DNA of 47,796 nucleotides from Bacteroidota bacterium (GTDB lineage Bacteria > Bacteroidota > Bacteroidia > Bacteroidales > FEN-979): NCBI GenBank assembly GCA_007280875.1, contig QYQJ01000081.1, positions 1 through 47,796 on the forward strand, in the 5' to 3' direction. The notes under the pieces were generated by a model that saw only the letters and a list, made by a program, of their open reading frames with translations, was not told the DNA's origin and searched no databases. Of the stretch, positions 27,681-36,055 are shown piece after piece; the first letter of the stretch is position 1; each line of letters begins with the position of its first letter. The position numbers were made by a program, and so were the translations under genes.

Positions 27681-27683
27681 CGC

Positions 27684-29138
27684 ATGATAACCGTCGCACT
27701 CATCGGCTTCCCCCTGCTCCTGACCCTGGCCCTCTTTCTCCTTCGTGGGGAGAGGTTGCTGAAGTGGACAGCCCTGCTGGGCTCCCTGCTGGAGTTCGGC
27801 TGGGCTATTTTTGCATGGATCAACTATGAACACTATTGCAAATGCAGTCTGCGTGTCAAGATTGACTGGCTGGAGAGCCTGGGCATCTCCCTGCAGCTCG
27901 GTATGGATGGGATCAGCATCCTGCTGGTTATACTTACCGCCTTTCTGATCCCGCTCATCATTCTTTCTTCCTGGAATCAAAGCTATACCAAGCCCTCGGC
28001 ATTCTATGGGCTGATCCTGCTGATGGAGATGGCATTCATGGGGGTCTTCACGGCTTTCGACGGGATCCTGTTCTACATTTTCTGGGAGATGGCCCTGATC
28101 CCGGCCTGGTTCCTCTGTGCGGTGTGGGGCGGGTACGACCGGATACGGATCACCTTCAAGTTCTTTATTTACACCTTCGTGGGAAGCCTTTTCATGCTGG
28201 GGGCACTGATCTACCTCTACTATAAAACACCCATCCCCCATTCGTTTGATTTCCGGTGGTTATACGCGGCCACACTCACTTCCACGGAGCAACTCTGGAT
28301 CTTCATTGCCCTCTTCCTGGCATTCGCCATCAAGATTCCGATCTTCCCGTTCCACACCTGGCAGCCCGACACCTACACCACCGCTCCAGCTCAGGGCACC
28401 ATGCTGCTTTCGGGGATCATGCTGAAGATGGGTATCTATGGGGTGATCCGGTGGCTGATCCCGATCACCCCGGATGCGGTTGCTGATTATGGACCGGTGG
28501 TGATGATCCTGGCGATCACCGGGATCGTATATGCCTCCCTCATCGCCTTCCGGCAGGATGATATGAAGCGGCTTGTGGCATACAACTCCATTGCCCATGT
28601 GGGGCTGATCGCTGCCGGGCTCTTTACCCTGAGCAAACAGGCCTACGACGGAGCAGTAATCCAGATGCTATCACACGGGGTTAATAGTGTGGGATTATTT
28701 GCATTGATCGGAATGATTGAACGAAGAACCGGAACACGGAGTATCGCTTCGCTGGGCGGACTGGCCCGGCAAGCCCCCTGGCTGGCGATCTTTTTCATGA
28801 TCATCCTGCTGGGAAGCATCTCGCTGCCCCTCACCAACGGATTTGTGGGTGAGTTTTTATTGCTTATAGGACTCTTCAATTATTCTATTGCATTCTCGGC
28901 CGTAGCAGGACTGACTATTATTTTCGGAGCGGGGTATATGCTCTGGATGTACCAGCGGGTGATGCTGGGGGAATCACCCCCGGAAGGGTATCCGGCTGCA
29001 GAAGCTGCACGCCTGCACGGGCGAACCAACAGGTCGCCCATACCGGCTGACCTGACGCTGACGGAGGCCCTGGTACTGATCCCCATCGTGATCATGATCT
29101 TCTGGATCGGGATCGCACCGGGGCTGTTTTACCCCTAA
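27684..29138 (+). CDS. nuoM: NADH-quinone oxidoreductase subunit M
   Basis: GMDGIS, FYIFWEMALIP, AIKIPIFPFHTWQPD, LKMGIYG and LPLTNGFVGEFL motifs. Confidence 0.95.
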   Translation: MITVALIGFPLLLTLALFLLRGERLLKWTALLGSLLEFGWAIFAWINYEHYCKCSLRVKIDWLESLGISLQLGMDGISILLVILTAFLIPLIILSSWNQSYTKPSAFYGLILLMEMAFMGVFTAFDGILFYIFWEMALIPAWFLCAVWGGYDRIRITFKFFIYTFVGSLFMLGALIYLYYKTPIPHSFDFRWLYAATLTSTEQLWIFIALFLAFAIKIPIFPFHTWQPDTYTTAPAQGTMLLSGIMLKMGIYGVIRWLIPITPDAVADYGPVVMILAITGIVYASLIAFRQDDMKRLVAYNSIAHVGLIAAGLFTLSKQAYDGAVIQMLSHGVNSVGLFALIGMIERRTGTRSIASLGGLARQAPWLAIFFMIILLGSISLPLTNGFVGEFLLLIGLFNYSIAFSAVAGLTIIFGAGYMLWMYQRVMLGESPPEGYPAAEAARLHGRTNRSPIPADLTLTEALVLIPIVIMIFWIGIAPGLFYP

Positions 29139-29248
29139 ATCCCCCGAGTACCCGGGGGACTTACTCCCTTCCCGAGTCCTCGGGAGAGGGTTGGGGAGGG
29201 GTCAATATGAATGACGAATTACGAATTACGAATTACGAATAACGAATG
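29132..29248. repeat. Composite element: double-hairpin REP-like repeat plus 7-mer array in the nuoM-nuoN spacer
   Basis: Hairpins TCCCCCG-AGTACC-CGGGGGA and CCCTTCCCGAG-TC-CTCGGGAGAGGG, then GAAT(G/T/A)AC x5 at 29209-29243 leading into the nuoN ATG. Confidence 0.85.
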
Positions 29249-30619
29249 AGTACGATCATAGCACTGGCAGTTTTGGGAATCATCACCCTGTTTCTGGGGG
29301 TGATGAAGAAGAAGTCGTGGCTGCTGCCGGGAATCCTGGTGGGACTGGCGGTGGCGCTGGGACTGACGCTGACAGGATGGAACACGGATATCAGTTTTTA
29401 CCATCGCATGCTGGTGATGGACAATTACGCACTGGCTTTCAACGCGGTGCTGATCTTCTCGACCTTCTTGATATTCCTGTTTGCTCATCATTACTACCAG
29501 CCTGTGGAGCGACCACTTGAAGATGTCTATACCGTGACCCTGTTCGCCCTGCTGGGAGCCGTGCTGATGGACAGCTACGGCAACCTGATCATGCTCTTTC
29601 TGGGAGTGGAGACTCTTTCCATCGCCTTGTACATCCTGGCCGGGAGCCACAGGGAAGCGATCAGCTCCAACGAGGCTACGCTGAAATACTTCCTGCTCGG
29701 GTCGTTCATTTCGGGCTTCCTGCTCTTCGGCATAGCGCTCATCTATGGAGCAGCCCATTCGTTTGACCTGCAGGATATTGCTCACTTCGTATCAGCACTG
29801 AACGGTGAATGGCCGCCCATTTTTCTGGCCGGACTCTTTCTGATCATCATCGGGCTGGCGTTTAAAATTGCCATTGTTCCCTTCCATTTCTGGGCGCCGG
29901 ATGTCTATGAGGGAACGCCTACGCTGCTCACCGCTTTTATGGCTTCGGTGGTTAAGACCGCCAGCATTGCGGCGTTGTACCGGCTCTTCAGCACCTGTCT
30001 TCACGGAGCGCAGGGGATCTGGGAGAGCAGCCTGTGGATCCTGGCTGCGCTGACGATTCTGCTAGGAAACCTGACCGGCCTTTACCAACCTTCGGCAAAG
30101 CGGATGCTGGCCTATTCCAGCATTGCCCAGTCGGGTTATATGATCCTGGCTGTTTTGGCCTTCAGCAGTCGTTCTGCAAACCTCCTCCTGTTCTATACCC
30201 TCAGTTATTCGATCGCCACCATCACCGCGTTCGGGATTGTCCTGCTTGTCAGGGAGGTTCGTGGAAACGACCTTTTCACCGCGTTCAACGGCCTGGGGAA
30301 GAACAATCCCGTGGAGGCCTTTTGTATGACGGTTGCCATGTTGTCTCTTACCGGCATCCCCCCACTGGCAGGCTTTGTGGCCAAGTTTTATCTCTTTTCC
30401 ACCGCTATCGGGGCCGGATATCTCTGGCTGGTGCTGATTGCGATCGTTGGGTCTGCTGTAAGTGTCGGCTATTATTTCAAGCCAGTCATCGCCATGTACC
30501 TTCGTGAAGGGGATGGCATGAAATTAAAAACTCCGAAATCCTACAAAGCGTTTCTGCTGTTTGCCACCATTGTGACTATTTTACTGGGAGTACTGCCCTT
30601 TATGGTGTTGAAGCAGTGA
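29246..30619 (+). CDS. nuoN: NADH-quinone oxidoreductase subunit N
   Basis: SNEATLKYFLLGSF, AFKIAIVPFHFWAPDVYEGTPT, KRMLAYSSIAQSGY and GIPPLAGF.AKF motifs. Confidence 0.95.
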   Translation: MSTIIALAVLGIITLFLGVMKKKSWLLPGILVGLAVALGLTLTGWNTDISFYHRMLVMDNYALAFNAVLIFSTFLIFLFAHHYYQPVERPLEDVYTVTLFALLGAVLMDSYGNLIMLFLGVETLSIALYILAGSHREAISSNEATLKYFLLGSFISGFLLFGIALIYGAAHSFDLQDIAHFVSALNGEWPPIFLAGLFLIIIGLAFKIAIVPFHFWAPDVYEGTPTLLTAFMASVVKTASIAALYRLFSTCLHGAQGIWESSLWILAALTILLGNLTGLYQPSAKRMLAYSSIAQSGYMILAVLAFSSRSANLLLFYTLSYSIATITAFGIVLLVREVRGNDLFTAFNGLGKNNPVEAFCMTVAMLSLTGIPPLAGFVAKFYLFSTAIGAGYLWLVLIAIVGSAVSVGYYFKPVIAMYLREGDGMKLKTPKSYKAFLLFATIVTILLGVLPFMVLKQ

Positions 30620-30643
30620 GGTAGCTGTCCGCCTGTCCGCCTG

Positions 30644-31105
30644 TTACATGAACCGTTTGATCTCCGCAGCGTGCTCTTTCTCCTCCTCGATGACCTGGTG
30701 GATGAGCCGTTTGGCATTGCTTTCAGTGCGTTTTTCCAGTTCGGTGTAAAAGTCCACACTATCGTTTTCGAACTTGAAGGCGATCCCCAGCGCCTCTTTG
30801 GGGGTTTTGACTGTCTTTGCCAGTTCGGTACCGGCGCCGGCCTTTCCAAAGATGTGACGGTCGGCCAGGTAGTTTATGTAATCATCGGCTTCATCCTGGT
30901 TGAACTCGAATTTTTCAGCCTCGAATTTTTCAGCCAGCTTCTGGAAGATGGCGATGTGCATAACCTCTTTTTCGGCCAGGTCCAGCAGCAATGCTTTGAT
31001 GTCGGTATCGGTTTTCAGCGCCTCGGCAGCAGCCGTGTAAAATGCATAACCGTTCTCTTCAATCCTGACCGCAATTTCAATGATCTCTTGTCCGGAATAA
31101 TACAT
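30644..31105 (-). CDS. Ferritin-like / rubrerythrin-family di-iron protein
   Basis: Two repeats of E..G..FY...E..H (IEENGYAFY...EKEVMH and FENDSVDFY...EEEKEH); no rubredoxin domain. Confidence 0.88.
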   Translation of the reverse strand: MYYSGQEIIEIAVRIEENGYAFYTAAAEALKTDTDIKALLLDLAEKEVMHIAIFQKLAEKFEAEKFEFNQDEADDYINYLADRHIFGKAGAGTELAKTVKTPKEALGIAFKFENDSVDFYTELEKRTESNAKRLIHQVIEEEKEHAAEIKRFM

Positions 31106-31121
31106 ATCAGGTAGTTTTTTA

Positions 31122-31147
31122 CAAAGGTATAAATATTGTTACATTTG
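31122..31147. promoter_or_regulatory. Back-to-back divergent -7 boxes
   Basis: TACCTTTG on the minus strand (31122-31129) and TACATTTG on the plus strand (31140-31147). Confidence 0.65.
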
Positions 31148-31151
31148 CGCG

Positions 31152-32936
31152 ATGACTGACCGTACCCAGGAAAAATACTCCTCCGCTTTCACCCTCTCCG
31201 ACATGGAGATCTTCATCTTCCCGGAGCTTCTCTACTCCCTGGTGCTGGCTAATATCCTTTCCCCCGAGATCTGGAAATGGCGGGATGATAAATGGTTCAG
31301 AAAGATCGAAACCCTGCCACCCCTCAAACGGATCCAACGGGTGAAACAGTACATCATGGACCACTACGACTTTAACCTGGATCTGGAAACATGGGGTCTT
31401 ACCGACAAGGAGACCGAGATCAACCGCTTCCGGGAGTTCATAGATCCGGAGGTGCTGAGGCAGTCGAACGCCCTCTTTGGTTATGAGGGAGACAGGTATT
31501 ATTTCGACATCGATATCCGCCGGCATTTCGGGCTGGATAAATACGATACCGACATCATCCCCTACTGGAAAACCGAAACAGTCGAGGCCATGAACGCCTT
31601 CAGGTTTAAACCCGGTCATCCGGTTGGAGCAGGAGAGTGTGTCTCCCTGGCTACCCTCTATGCTGCGGCGTTGTTCATTGTGGCTGGGATTCCCCTGGAG
31701 CAGATCTTCCTGATGGGAACTCCCCTGCACTCACAGAATTATATCCTGGTGGAAGACGGAGTGCTGACCAACAACCGGAGGATCGTAACCAAATCCATGT
31801 GGTACAATGGTACAGAACTTTCCGCTCTCGCCCGCCGGGCGCTGGAACATGAGCAAATCACCATCGTGGCGCACCAAACCGGGTACATCCATTCGGTATA
31901 CCCGGAAGCTACAATTGATCAAGAGGCTTACCGTAGATTCCGGGAATCATTGACTTCGTTCCTGAATATCGGGATGGACTATGAGATCTTTATCAATTTT
32001 CTTCGTTCTTACCACCGGTATCAGAAGTTGTTCCAACTTGTCGTACATTGCCGGGGCTCTGTGAAATACCTTCCTTTGGATAAAGCATTCGGATATGAGC
32101 ATGGGAGCAAAAACCGGCTGGGAGATAAAACTGCCAGGAAACTCCTGTGCGAAATCGGCGATGAGGATTTCTGCTACTGTCCGTTTGAGGATCGTGCCAC
32201 TATCAACGACAAGGACCCACTCTTTCAGCTGAAGCCCTATCCTGATTTTATCCATGAGCTGATGAGCCTCTTTCCGGATCTGGACCCGAACCAGGAACTC
32301 CGGAAAGACCTGAGGCATTTTGTACATACGGTGCCAAAGCTTCCGGGAGGGGAGAAGAGGTATGCTGGAGCACAGGGAACGGAGCACAGGGCACAGGGCA
32401 CAGAGGCACAGGGGCACAGGGGCACAGAGCGAAGGGCATGTGAGGATGGGGTGCTGGGGATCACGACAGCCATGACACGGGAGGAAATCATGGACGCTTT
32501 ACTTAGGGTCGAGGGTCGAGGGTCAAGGGTCAAGGTGAAGGATCCAGCATCCAGCATCCAGCTAGCCTTTTATGCCGGCCGCTTCATGGACTACTGCGAC
32601 TGGACGCCCTTTCTAAAGGCCGCCTTAGAACGAAATCCGGTATCGGTATCTTATTTTAGGGAGAGTGATCTGCAGGAGGTGTTTGCGCAAATGAGTGCAT
32701 GGCCTGATGAATCTATCTACGAAGGGAACCGCCTTGCACTCCCGGATGAGGTGGTCAACTTCGGTCGGGGAGATGGCATAGAAAAGGCCATTACCCTGTC
32801 AAATGTGATCAAAGCCCGCAGCCGGGGAGAGACGATTATGCTGAGAATCGATGGCCGGGAAGTGCATCTGCAGGCATCAGGAGGGAAGTACCATTTCACT
32901 TCAGAAAAACACTTCAAAAAGAACCTGACCCTCTAG
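31152..32936 (+). CDS. Hypothetical protein with transglutaminase-like motifs and two in-frame repeat insertions
   Basis: 594-aa ORF. GAGECVSLATLYAA...LHSQN, and a second motif LPDEVVNFGRGDGIEKAITL that lacks the Cys. Confidence 0.75.
   Translation: MTDRTQEKYSSAFTLSDMEIFIFPELLYSLVLANILSPEIWKWRDDKWFRKIETLPPLKRIQRVKQYIMDHYDFNLDLETWGLTDKETEINRFREFIDPEVLRQSNALFGYEGDRYYFDIDIRRHFGLDKYDTDIIPYWKTETVEAMNAFRFKPGHPVGAGECVSLATLYAAALFIVAGIPLEQIFLMGTPLHSQNYILVEDGVLTNNRRIVTKSMWYNGTELSALARRALEHEQITIVAHQTGYIHSVYPEATIDQEAYRRFRESLTSFLNIGMDYEIFINFLRSYHRYQKLFQLVVHCRGSVKYLPLDKAFGYEHGSKNRLGDKTARKLLCEIGDEDFCYCPFEDRATINDKDPLFQLKPYPDFIHELMSLFPDLDPNQELRKDLRHFVHTVPKLPGGEKRYAGAQGTEHRAQGTEAQGHRGTERRACEDGVLGITTAMTREEIMDALLRVEGRGSRVKVKDPASSIQLAFYAGRFMDYCDWTPFLKAALERNPVSVSYFRESDLQEVFAQMSAWPDESIYEGNRLALPDEVVNFGRGDGIEKAITLSNVIKARSRGETIMLRIDGREVHLQASGGKYHFTSEKHFKKNLTL
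32368..32562 (+). repeat. Two in-frame 7/8-mer arrays inside the 594-aa ORF
   Basis: G(G/A)GCACA-type units at 32368-32440. NAGGGTC x4 followed by (G/C)ATCCAG x3 at 32504-32562. Confidence 0.9.
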
Positions 32937-32958
32937 GAGCAATCTTCCCCTTATACTT

Positions 32959-32996
32959 CTGTGCCCCTGTGTCCTGTGCCCCTGTGTCCCTGTGCC
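32959..32996. repeat. CTGTG(C/T)CC array, reverse complement of the in-gene GGGCACAG array
   Basis: CTGTGCCC CTGTGTC CTGTGCCC CTGTGTCC CTGTGCC. Confidence 0.85.
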
Positions 32997-32998
32997 TT

Positions 32999-33782
32999 TT
33001 ATCCCACCATCACAATCCCCCAGGGCTTTGCGGTTTCCCAGGCACTGCGCGTGAAATCGGGAACGGAGACAGCATGGCTGCGGTTCCCGACGGAGATCTC
33101 ACTGAGTTCGACAATGGACGACCCCTTGCTGGAGCCATTTGTGTGCCTCCGGCTCCAGTGCAATTTTCTGGGATGGCCATTTCCGGGCGATTCTCCGGGT
33201 GCCACTCAGCAGGTGGATCCGGCTGTAGGGGCGGGGAGAGGTGGTGTCGTGCTGAATCAGAATGGTCTTTCCGCCGAAGGTGCGTACCAGGGTGGTGGCA
33301 GCAGGCACCTCAACGGCGGCATGCTTTCCGTGGTTCATCGCATACACGGCAATGGGAGTATGCAGCGACCAGGGAGTACAACTGTAGACCAGATCCACAT
33401 CGTCCCGTTCGCACAGCTTCCTCCAGTCGTCCTCTCCGGCCGAAAAACCGGCAGGCTCCTTCCGCCCCTTATCCGTCACAATCTTTTTGGCCTTTGCCAC
33501 CCGCTCGGGAACCATATCGCATACAGCGGAGATCTCTACGCCCTCTGCATTGAGGAGCCTTTCTACCCCCTCCATACCACGCATTCCCACTCCGATCAAC
33601 CCGATCCGGACACTGTTCAGCGGTTCACAGGTGAGCCCCATCACGCTTGGACCCTCCCGGGCAGGCCCGGGAAGCTTCACCGGAGAAACAAAGGTGGATG
33701 CCAGGCCGGTGATATCACTCAGGCTGGCTGCTGCCACGCTGACTGCGGCTGTCTTGAGAAAATTTCGACGGGAGGTTTTCAT
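32999..33782 (-). pseudogene. Tat-exported Gfo/Idh/MocA (GH109-like) oxidoreductase with two internal deletions
   Basis: SRRNFLK Tat motif and IGLIGVGMRG. HAAVEVPAATTL is joined directly to VRT..GKTILIQHDTTSPRPYSR. The family C-terminus SSIVELSEISV.NRS.AV.VPDFTR.AW is in another frame ending at 32999. Confidence 0.8.
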
Positions 33783-33786
33783 GGGT

Positions 33787-33842
33787 TGAAATTTGAAATT
33801 AGGAAATTGAAACCAGGAAATTGAAATCGGGGAATCTGAAAA
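33787..33842. repeat. Degenerate 7-mer GAAATT array
   Basis: TGAAATT TGAAATT AGGAAAT TGAAACC AGGAAAT TGAAATC GGGGAAT. Confidence 0.7.
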
Positions 33843-33913
33843 AAAGAAATTAAAAGTAAAAAAATCAAAGGAATTTTCATTGAAACATATATGAATATTA
33901 ATAACTTAATATA

Positions 33914-33931
33914 TTGTTAATCTTTTAACAG
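33914..33931. promoter_or_regulatory. Candidate Rex-type operator
   Basis: TTGTTAA-TCTT-TTAACAG, one mismatch from the palindrome TTGTTAA-N4-TTAACAA, in an AT-rich divergent spacer. Confidence 0.45.
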
Positions 33932-34010
33932 GTTGTCAATCAGTGCCTTATTAAAAATTTTTCTTGTTTTTTTTGTTTTTTCGTCGTATCTTGTAACAAA
34001 AATTCTGCCT

Positions 34011-34385
34011 ATGGAAACCAGACAGGAAATTACGTACGATCTCTTGAAGAAATATGGTTCGCGTTGGGCCATTCTTACGGCTATGAGCATGGAACTATCG
34101 AAAAAAGGGGTTTTACTGCCACATGATATTCATAGCATCCTGGAGATCACCCGCATAGAGATCACTTCCGGGTGTTACTCTACCTGCGAGATCGATTGCA
34201 CATTGAATAAAGTAGAAGGAGAACTAATCTCGTCCGGTTCTTCGTTCGGGGAAGCTTACCTGGATCCCTGGATGGATCTGCTGGCCAAAGCGATGCAGGG
34301 TCACCTGGATTATGAACAGATCACCAGCATTCCCGCGCTCAAGCCCGTGGAGAGCTCCTGCGGCTTTCTGCAGTGCGGCTGCTAA
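34011..34385 (+). CDS. 124-aa Cys-rich hypothetical protein (start re-assigned to ATG 34011)
   Basis: METRQEITY...GCYSTCEIDC...SSCGFLQCGC*. The ORF-track extension from 33933 is T-rich intergenic sequence. Confidence 0.75.
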   Translation: METRQEITYDLLKKYGSRWAILTAMSMELSKKGVLLPHDIHSILEITRIEITSGCYSTCEIDCTLNKVEGELISSGSSFGEAYLDPWMDLLAKAMQGHLDYEQITSIPALKPVESSCGFLQCGC

Positions 34386-34484
34386 GTGCTCAGGGCTTAG
34401 GGCACAGGATAAGGCACAAGGCATGAGCCCCGAGCCATGAGATATCCAGGATCCAGTGTCCAGGATCCAGCAATCAGCATCCAG
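34385..34484 (+). repeat. Composite 7-mer array, copy 1
   Basis: AGGGCAC/AGGCACA/AGGCATG/AGCCATG units followed by ATCCAGN units. 34405-34447 matches the reverse complement of 38037-38079 at 41/43 bases. Confidence 0.9.
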
Positions 34485-34492
34485 AATTTATT

Positions 34493-34500
34493 TACTTTTG
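34493..34500 (+). promoter_or_regulatory. -7 box of glyS
   Basis: TACTTTTG, only 4 nt before the ATG. Confidence 0.6.
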
Positions 34501-34504
34501 CTTC

Positions 34505-36025
34505 ATGGCAAGCAACGAGGAACTTTTCCGGAAGATCATTGCCCATGCCAAGGAGTATGGCTATATCTTTCCTTCCAGTGAAATTTATGACGGCCTGAGT
34601 GCGGTTTACGATTACGGCCCCTTCGGTGTAGAGCTGAAGAACAACATTAAAGAATACTGGTGGAAGTCGATGGTTCAGTATCATGAGAACATCGTTGGCC
34701 TCGATACCGCTATCTTCATGCACCCGACTGTCTGGAAAGCCTCCGGGCATGTAGATGCCTTTAATGATCCGATGATCGACAACAAGGATTCCAAGAAACG
34801 CTACCGGGCCGATGTGCTGGTAGAAGATCATATCCTTAAGATCGAGGAGAAGATAGAAAAAGAGGTAGAGAAGGCCTCCAAACGGTTTGGAGACTCCTTT
34901 GATGAAAAGATGTTCAGGGAGACAAATCCCCGGGTGCAGGAGAACGTGAGGAAGATGGATGAGATCAAGCAGCGGTTTTACCCGGCATTGGAATGCAATG
35001 ATCTGGTTGATGTCAAACGTCTGATTGAAGAACTGGGGATCGTTTGCCCGGTATCCGGAAGCCGCAACTGGACCGATGTACGCCAGTTCAGCCTGATGTT
35101 CTCCACCCAGATGGGGTCAGTAAATGAAGATGCCAGCGCCATTTTTCTCCGTCCGGAGACTGCTCAGGGCATTTTCGTGAATTTTCTGAATGTCCAGAAA
35201 TCGGCCCGGATGAAGATCCCCTTTGGCATTGCCCAGATCGGGAAAGCCTTTCGCAATGAGATCGTGGCCCGTCAGTTCCTCTTCCGTATGAGGGAGTTCG
35301 AACAAATGGAAATGCAGTATTTTGTCCGTCCGGGCGAAGAGATGAAATGGTATCAGTACTGGAAGGATGCCCGGATGAAATGGCATCTCTCCCTTGGGAT
35401 ACCGGCTGAAAAGTACCGGTTTCATGACCATGAAAAGCTGGCCCACTACGCCAATGCCGCTGCCGATATTGAATTTGAATTTCCGATCGGGTTCAAGGAG
35501 CTGGAGGGGATCCATAGCCGCACCGATTTTGATCTGGGGGCTCATCAGGAGTATTCAGGCAAAAAGATGCAGTATTTTGATCAGGAATTGAATGAAAGCT
35601 ACATTCCATACGTAGTGGAAACTTCCATCGGTCTCGACCGAACCTTTTTAGCCGTTCTGAGCCAGGCTTACCGGGAGGAGAAGCTGGAAAATGGTTCCGG
35701 GCGCGTGATACTGAGTCTACCGCCCCGCCTGGCGCCGATCAAAGCGGCGATCCTCCCCCTGGTGAAGAAAGACGGGTTACCTGAAAAAGCCCGGGAGGTG
35801 ATGGATGCACTGAAATACGACTACCGCTGCTTCTATGAAGAGAAAGACACCATTGGCCGCCGCTACCGCCGGATGGATGCGTTGGGAACCCCATTCTGCC
35901 TTACCATCGACCACCAGACCCTGCAGGACGACACTGTGACTATCCGGGATCGGGATACGATGCTGCAGGAGCGGATTTCAGTCGAAGAGATTGAAGAGGC
36001 GCTGAAAGAGAAATTAGCGAGGTAG
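34505..36025 (+). CDS. glyS: Glycine--tRNA ligase (alpha2 type)
   Basis: SEIYDGL...YDYGPFG.ELKNN, WKASGHVD.F.DP, LRPETAQGIF, GKAFRNEI, FRMREFEQME and ETSIGLDR motifs; C-terminal anticodon domain. Confidence 0.96.
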   Translation: MASNEELFRKIIAHAKEYGYIFPSSEIYDGLSAVYDYGPFGVELKNNIKEYWWKSMVQYHENIVGLDTAIFMHPTVWKASGHVDAFNDPMIDNKDSKKRYRADVLVEDHILKIEEKIEKEVEKASKRFGDSFDEKMFRETNPRVQENVRKMDEIKQRFYPALECNDLVDVKRLIEELGIVCPVSGSRNWTDVRQFSLMFSTQMGSVNEDASAIFLRPETAQGIFVNFLNVQKSARMKIPFGIAQIGKAFRNEIVARQFLFRMREFEQMEMQYFVRPGEEMKWYQYWKDARMKWHLSLGIPAEKYRFHDHEKLAHYANAAADIEFEFPIGFKELEGIHSRTDFDLGAHQEYSGKKMQYFDQELNESYIPYVVETSIGLDRTFLAVLSQAYREEKLENGSGRVILSLPPRLAPIKAAILPLVKKDGLPEKAREVMDALKYDYRCFYEEKDTIGRRYRRMDALGTPFCLTIDHQTLQDDTVTIRDRDTMLQERISVEEIEEALKEKLAR

Positions 36026-36055
36026 CGAGAAGCGAAATGGTGAGTTTGTGAGTTT

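Noticed and set aside
729-30507. Long antisense or overlapping ORFs (e.g. 729-1604, 1478-2368, 9151-10257, 11219-12274, 17553-18299)
   Set aside because: They are shadows of well-supported genes, with no recognisable motifs.
32961-33824. Plus-strand ORFs of 287 and 194 aa
   Set aside because: They start in the CTGTGCCC repeat and are antisense to the GH109-like pseudogene.
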